Positions 1 to 64,000 of a stretch of 64,000 nucleotides of DNA are shown here, in pieces. The stretch lies in the NCBI GenBank assembly GCA_951406725.2, contig OX597824.1, positions 46,872,001 to 46,936,000 of the forward strand. Reading direction: 5' to 3'. How positions within the stretch are numbered: the first letter of the stretch is position 1; the number at the start of each line of letters is the position of its first letter. Origin of the DNA: Octopus vulgaris (taxonomy: Eukaryota). Under the pieces are notes generated by a model. It made no database searches. It was not told the DNA's origin and saw only the letters and a program-made list of their open reading frames with translations. The translations under genes were made by a program, and so were the position numbers.

Positions 1-534
1 CGCACAAGTATGCTCGGGCTCGAGTACCGTGCACCCATTTTGATCCACCAAGGACCGAACTGTGGTTTCGTTGTCACGTTGCGCCTCTGTGGCTTTCGTT
101 CCCTCGTTTCTTAGAGCACGCACCTCAATTCTGACAATGCATCCTTCGTGATTAGCGTTTAAGATTTGGTCCAGGACCAATCTCGCCACCAGCACATCGG
201 TTGCAATCCCTTTTTTGCGCACTTCTTCTAAGTTTCCAGCCAAGTTTCGCCTCTATTCTATTTCTTCATATCGCTAATGTCTTGCTAAACTTATTTCTAC
301 TCTAATTGCCTTTTTCAGGGCAAACCATTATTTGTTGTTGACAATTGACCCCGTTAACACCCGCTTAGCTAATTCGCTAATCCAGTTTCTGTAATCGTAT
401 TTAGTAAAGAAACCCAAATTTACCCCGTAAGGGATACACGTGGAGAAAAATAACCAGCGCCGAAGGTACGGTTTTATTTTATCGCTATAACGATAATAAA
501 AGCTCAATATAAAACTTTGTGTAACAAAATAAAG

Positions 535-909
535 AAGAGCACTCAGAGAGCGCAAACCTCCGCCAATGCAACACCTACGTCCTCTCAACGATTAGACAGA
601 GATGATTTTTAAAATGAGAATATCTGAAATAAACTCGACTGCTCTCACAAATGAGAATACTAAAAATGAACCCGACCGCTCTCAAAAATTAAGTGAAAAA
701 AAAAAACAGGAAAAATAATCTAGAATCTCTGCCCGGTACCGGATCAATCCCCAAATCTAATTAGTTTGTGCCAGTCACGAAGCCAAACATCCCTGAAAGT
801 TTCATCCGAATCCATCCAGCGATTCTTGAGATATCTTGTCCACGGACAAATAAACAAACAGACACGACTGAAAAAAATACCTCCACTTTAGTTAAGGCGG
901 AGGTAATAA
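535..909 (-). mobile_element. Non-autonomous Helentron/HINE-like element
   Basis: On the minus strand it begins TTATTACCTCCGCC and ends TTGGCGGAGGTTTGCGCTCTCTGAGTGCTCTT (subterminal inverted repeat plus 3' palindrome). A homologous copy lies at 29571-30172. Confidence 0.6.
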
Positions 910-980
910 CAACAAACTCACTGGAGCTATGTGCAATACGTGTCGACAGACGAACGGCAACAACAAGAACAATAATAATA

Positions 981-1194
981 ATCCTTTCTACTAAAGACAC
1001 AAGGCCTGAAATTTTGGGGGTGGGGACTAGTCGATTACATCGACTCCAGTGTTTCAGTGGTACTTAATTTATCGACCCCGAAAGGATGAAGGGCTAAGTC
1101 GACCTCGGCGGAATTTGAACTCAGAACAGAAGGACGGACGAAATACAGCTAAGCATTTTGCCCGGCGTGCTAACGATTCTGCTAACTCGCCGCC

Positions 1195-1197
<3 letters not shown>
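981..1197 (-). mobile_element. tRNA-derived SINE
   Basis: Minus strand reads AAGGCGGCGAGTTAGCAGAATCGTTAGC...GAGTTCAAATTCC (A/B boxes), then GTCGAC..CATCCTTTCGGGGTCGATAAA. Further copies lie at 41165-41815. Confidence 0.8.
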
Positions 1198-1270
<73 letters not shown>

Positions 1271-1569
1271 CGATGAGGACAGTCAGCCAAGGACAATCAA
1301 TTTATGTGCGGGTTTACATAAAAGATGAGAATGAAATGGAAAAGACGTAAAATTATACATAGTGTACTAAGTATGTTGTAATATGAATGATGAAATCCTC
1401 CTGTTACAGGTAAAACTCTGTCTAAAGCAATTCAAGGAACCCTACATTTCCAGGATTACCCTGATCACTAAAGCCACTATTTCTCGCCCAACTTTTGTTG
1501 TCCAATCTACAAGCTATTCACTCTAACTATTTTTATCACAGTCATCCATCCTTTCACAAATTCACTGGG

Positions 1570-1990
1570 AGGTAGCATTTACCTTTCTACCCAAACTCTT
1601 CTTTCCAAGTCGATGAAGGTTTGGCGAAGAGGAAAGTGCCTTTCCTCAATCGTTTCAACCCCTTCACACAAACAAACCTCTTTCGTCAGATAGACGAACA
1701 ACTGGGTGGTGGGATGATCTTGACGATGGATTCGGGCGACTGTTGGATTCACGCCATTCGCAATAACGGCTGTTCGATGTAACTTCACGAGTAAGCAATA
1801 CTCGGACACTGGACAAGTGCATGCAGAACGACGAAAGGGTTCTGCACACATCTCGGACAGTCCCGCCAGGCGGCGCTTCCGTATTTGTACAGTTTATCTT
1901 GGGCCGGCATACTTCTCGGTGTCACTAAAGGTCCTCGGCACAAGATCAGCAATTTTCAAAGGAAGCTTACCGATTACATCGAACACTGTA
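1570..1990 (-). mobile_element. Degraded L1/Tx1-clade LINE ORF2 C-terminal fragment
   Basis: The minus strand translates to DKLYKYGSAAWRDCPRCVQNPFVVLHALVQCPSI, a CxxC..H..C zinc knuckle. Confidence 0.55.
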
Positions 1991-2245
1991 CTTTGCTGTT
2001 GCTGCTGCTGCTACTACTGCTGCTGCTATTGGTAAAGGCAGTAGTAGTAGTAGTAGTAGTAGTAATTAATTAGTTTATGTACATTTTGCTTCCTTGTTTT
2101 TTACAGTACATGTAATAATGTTTAATACAGAATATATAGTAATGTTTATTAAAGTATATATAATAATGTATTACTTAATTATTACAGTACATATAATAAT
2201 GTATTACAGTACATATAATAATAGTAATAATCTTGTTTATTACAG

Positions 2246-63258
<61,013 letters not shown>

Positions 63259-64000
63259 GTAATAACTAAAAGTTATTTATAGAAGACCTTGCACAGAATT
63301 GCGTCTAAAAGTCTTGCCGAACTTTCAATTCCTCTACGAATTATAAAAAGACGAGCTTGGTAACATTAGTAACATGCACTGATACTAATTTTAAAATCAT
63401 CCTCCAATATACTTCTTTCCTTTCTTCGTATTCTAACAAAATTGGTGTTCTATTGTGAAGCATAATTTTCGGATTGGAACAAATATTTTGTTTACAAAAC
63501 AAAATTATTTGAAACATGCGTTGGAAAAAATGAGTTTAAATTCTAAACTCTCGTTCCATTTAGAACAAATGGTGCTTAATAATTTGGGCTATCTTAATCT
63601 ATTATATTCTTGTGATACTAATTTCTTGATTCCCTCGTGTGGTTGCTGTGTGAGTCGTTATGTGGTGTTGCGTAAGTCAGGACTTCAATGGATTCTATTA
63701 CTATAAGTGTCGTGGGCATCACAAAGTATGTCCTCCCTGCAGAAGTTAAATACTAAAATAAACTGTAGCTATAAATAAATGCCAATTTGAATTCTAAGAC
63801 AGGATCTTAGAATGTTGATCTCATATGATCTCGCTCTTTTGTTTGCATTATCTGTTTCAATGACCAACGTTCCGCAGTCATTGATTCATTTCAAAAATTT
63901 ATACTTCACACGTTTCTTTTGTTAGACAAGTCTTGGACTGTGGTAAACATTTCAGTTTTCTTGTCTATAGTTTGATTTGATTTCAAAAATGGCAACACAC

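Noticed and set aside
63950-64000. Possible next exon at the window end (ttcttgtctatag)
   Set aside because: Phase-1 reading hits TGA immediately and no Cys motif is visible. It cannot be assessed at the window edge, and a terminal exon is unsupported.

Overview
This is eukaryotic, AT-rich DNA saturated with microsatellites and transposons. The SINE, Penelope and Dong-like repeat mix suggests an octopod cephalopod (inference). No prokaryotic operons, CRISPR arrays or rRNA genes are present, and most entries in the ORF track are microsatellite or transposon noise. The main finding is an internal segment of a + strand spliced gene: 11 short exons (144-183 nt, from 2246 to 63258), each with canonical AG/GT sites and each phase 1-1. 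Every exon encodes one six-cysteine module, C-x18-C-x2-C-x-C-x7-C-x4-C (last spacer x5 in exon K), resembling pacifastin inhibitors and the N-terminal half of VWC domains. Together they splice into an open frame of about 607 codons with no start or stop exon identified in the window. Ten of the 11 modules have Lys at the pacifastin P1-equivalent position, and many linkers carry dibasic sites. The introns hold R4/Dong-like RLE LINEs sitting in (TAA)n, Penelope elements with hammerhead-like motifs and inverted repeats, CR1, RTE and Tx1 fragments, mariner, maT and Chapaev-like transposons, Helitrons, Helentron-like elements and tRNA-derived SINEs. Repeat boundaries were read by eye and are approximate.
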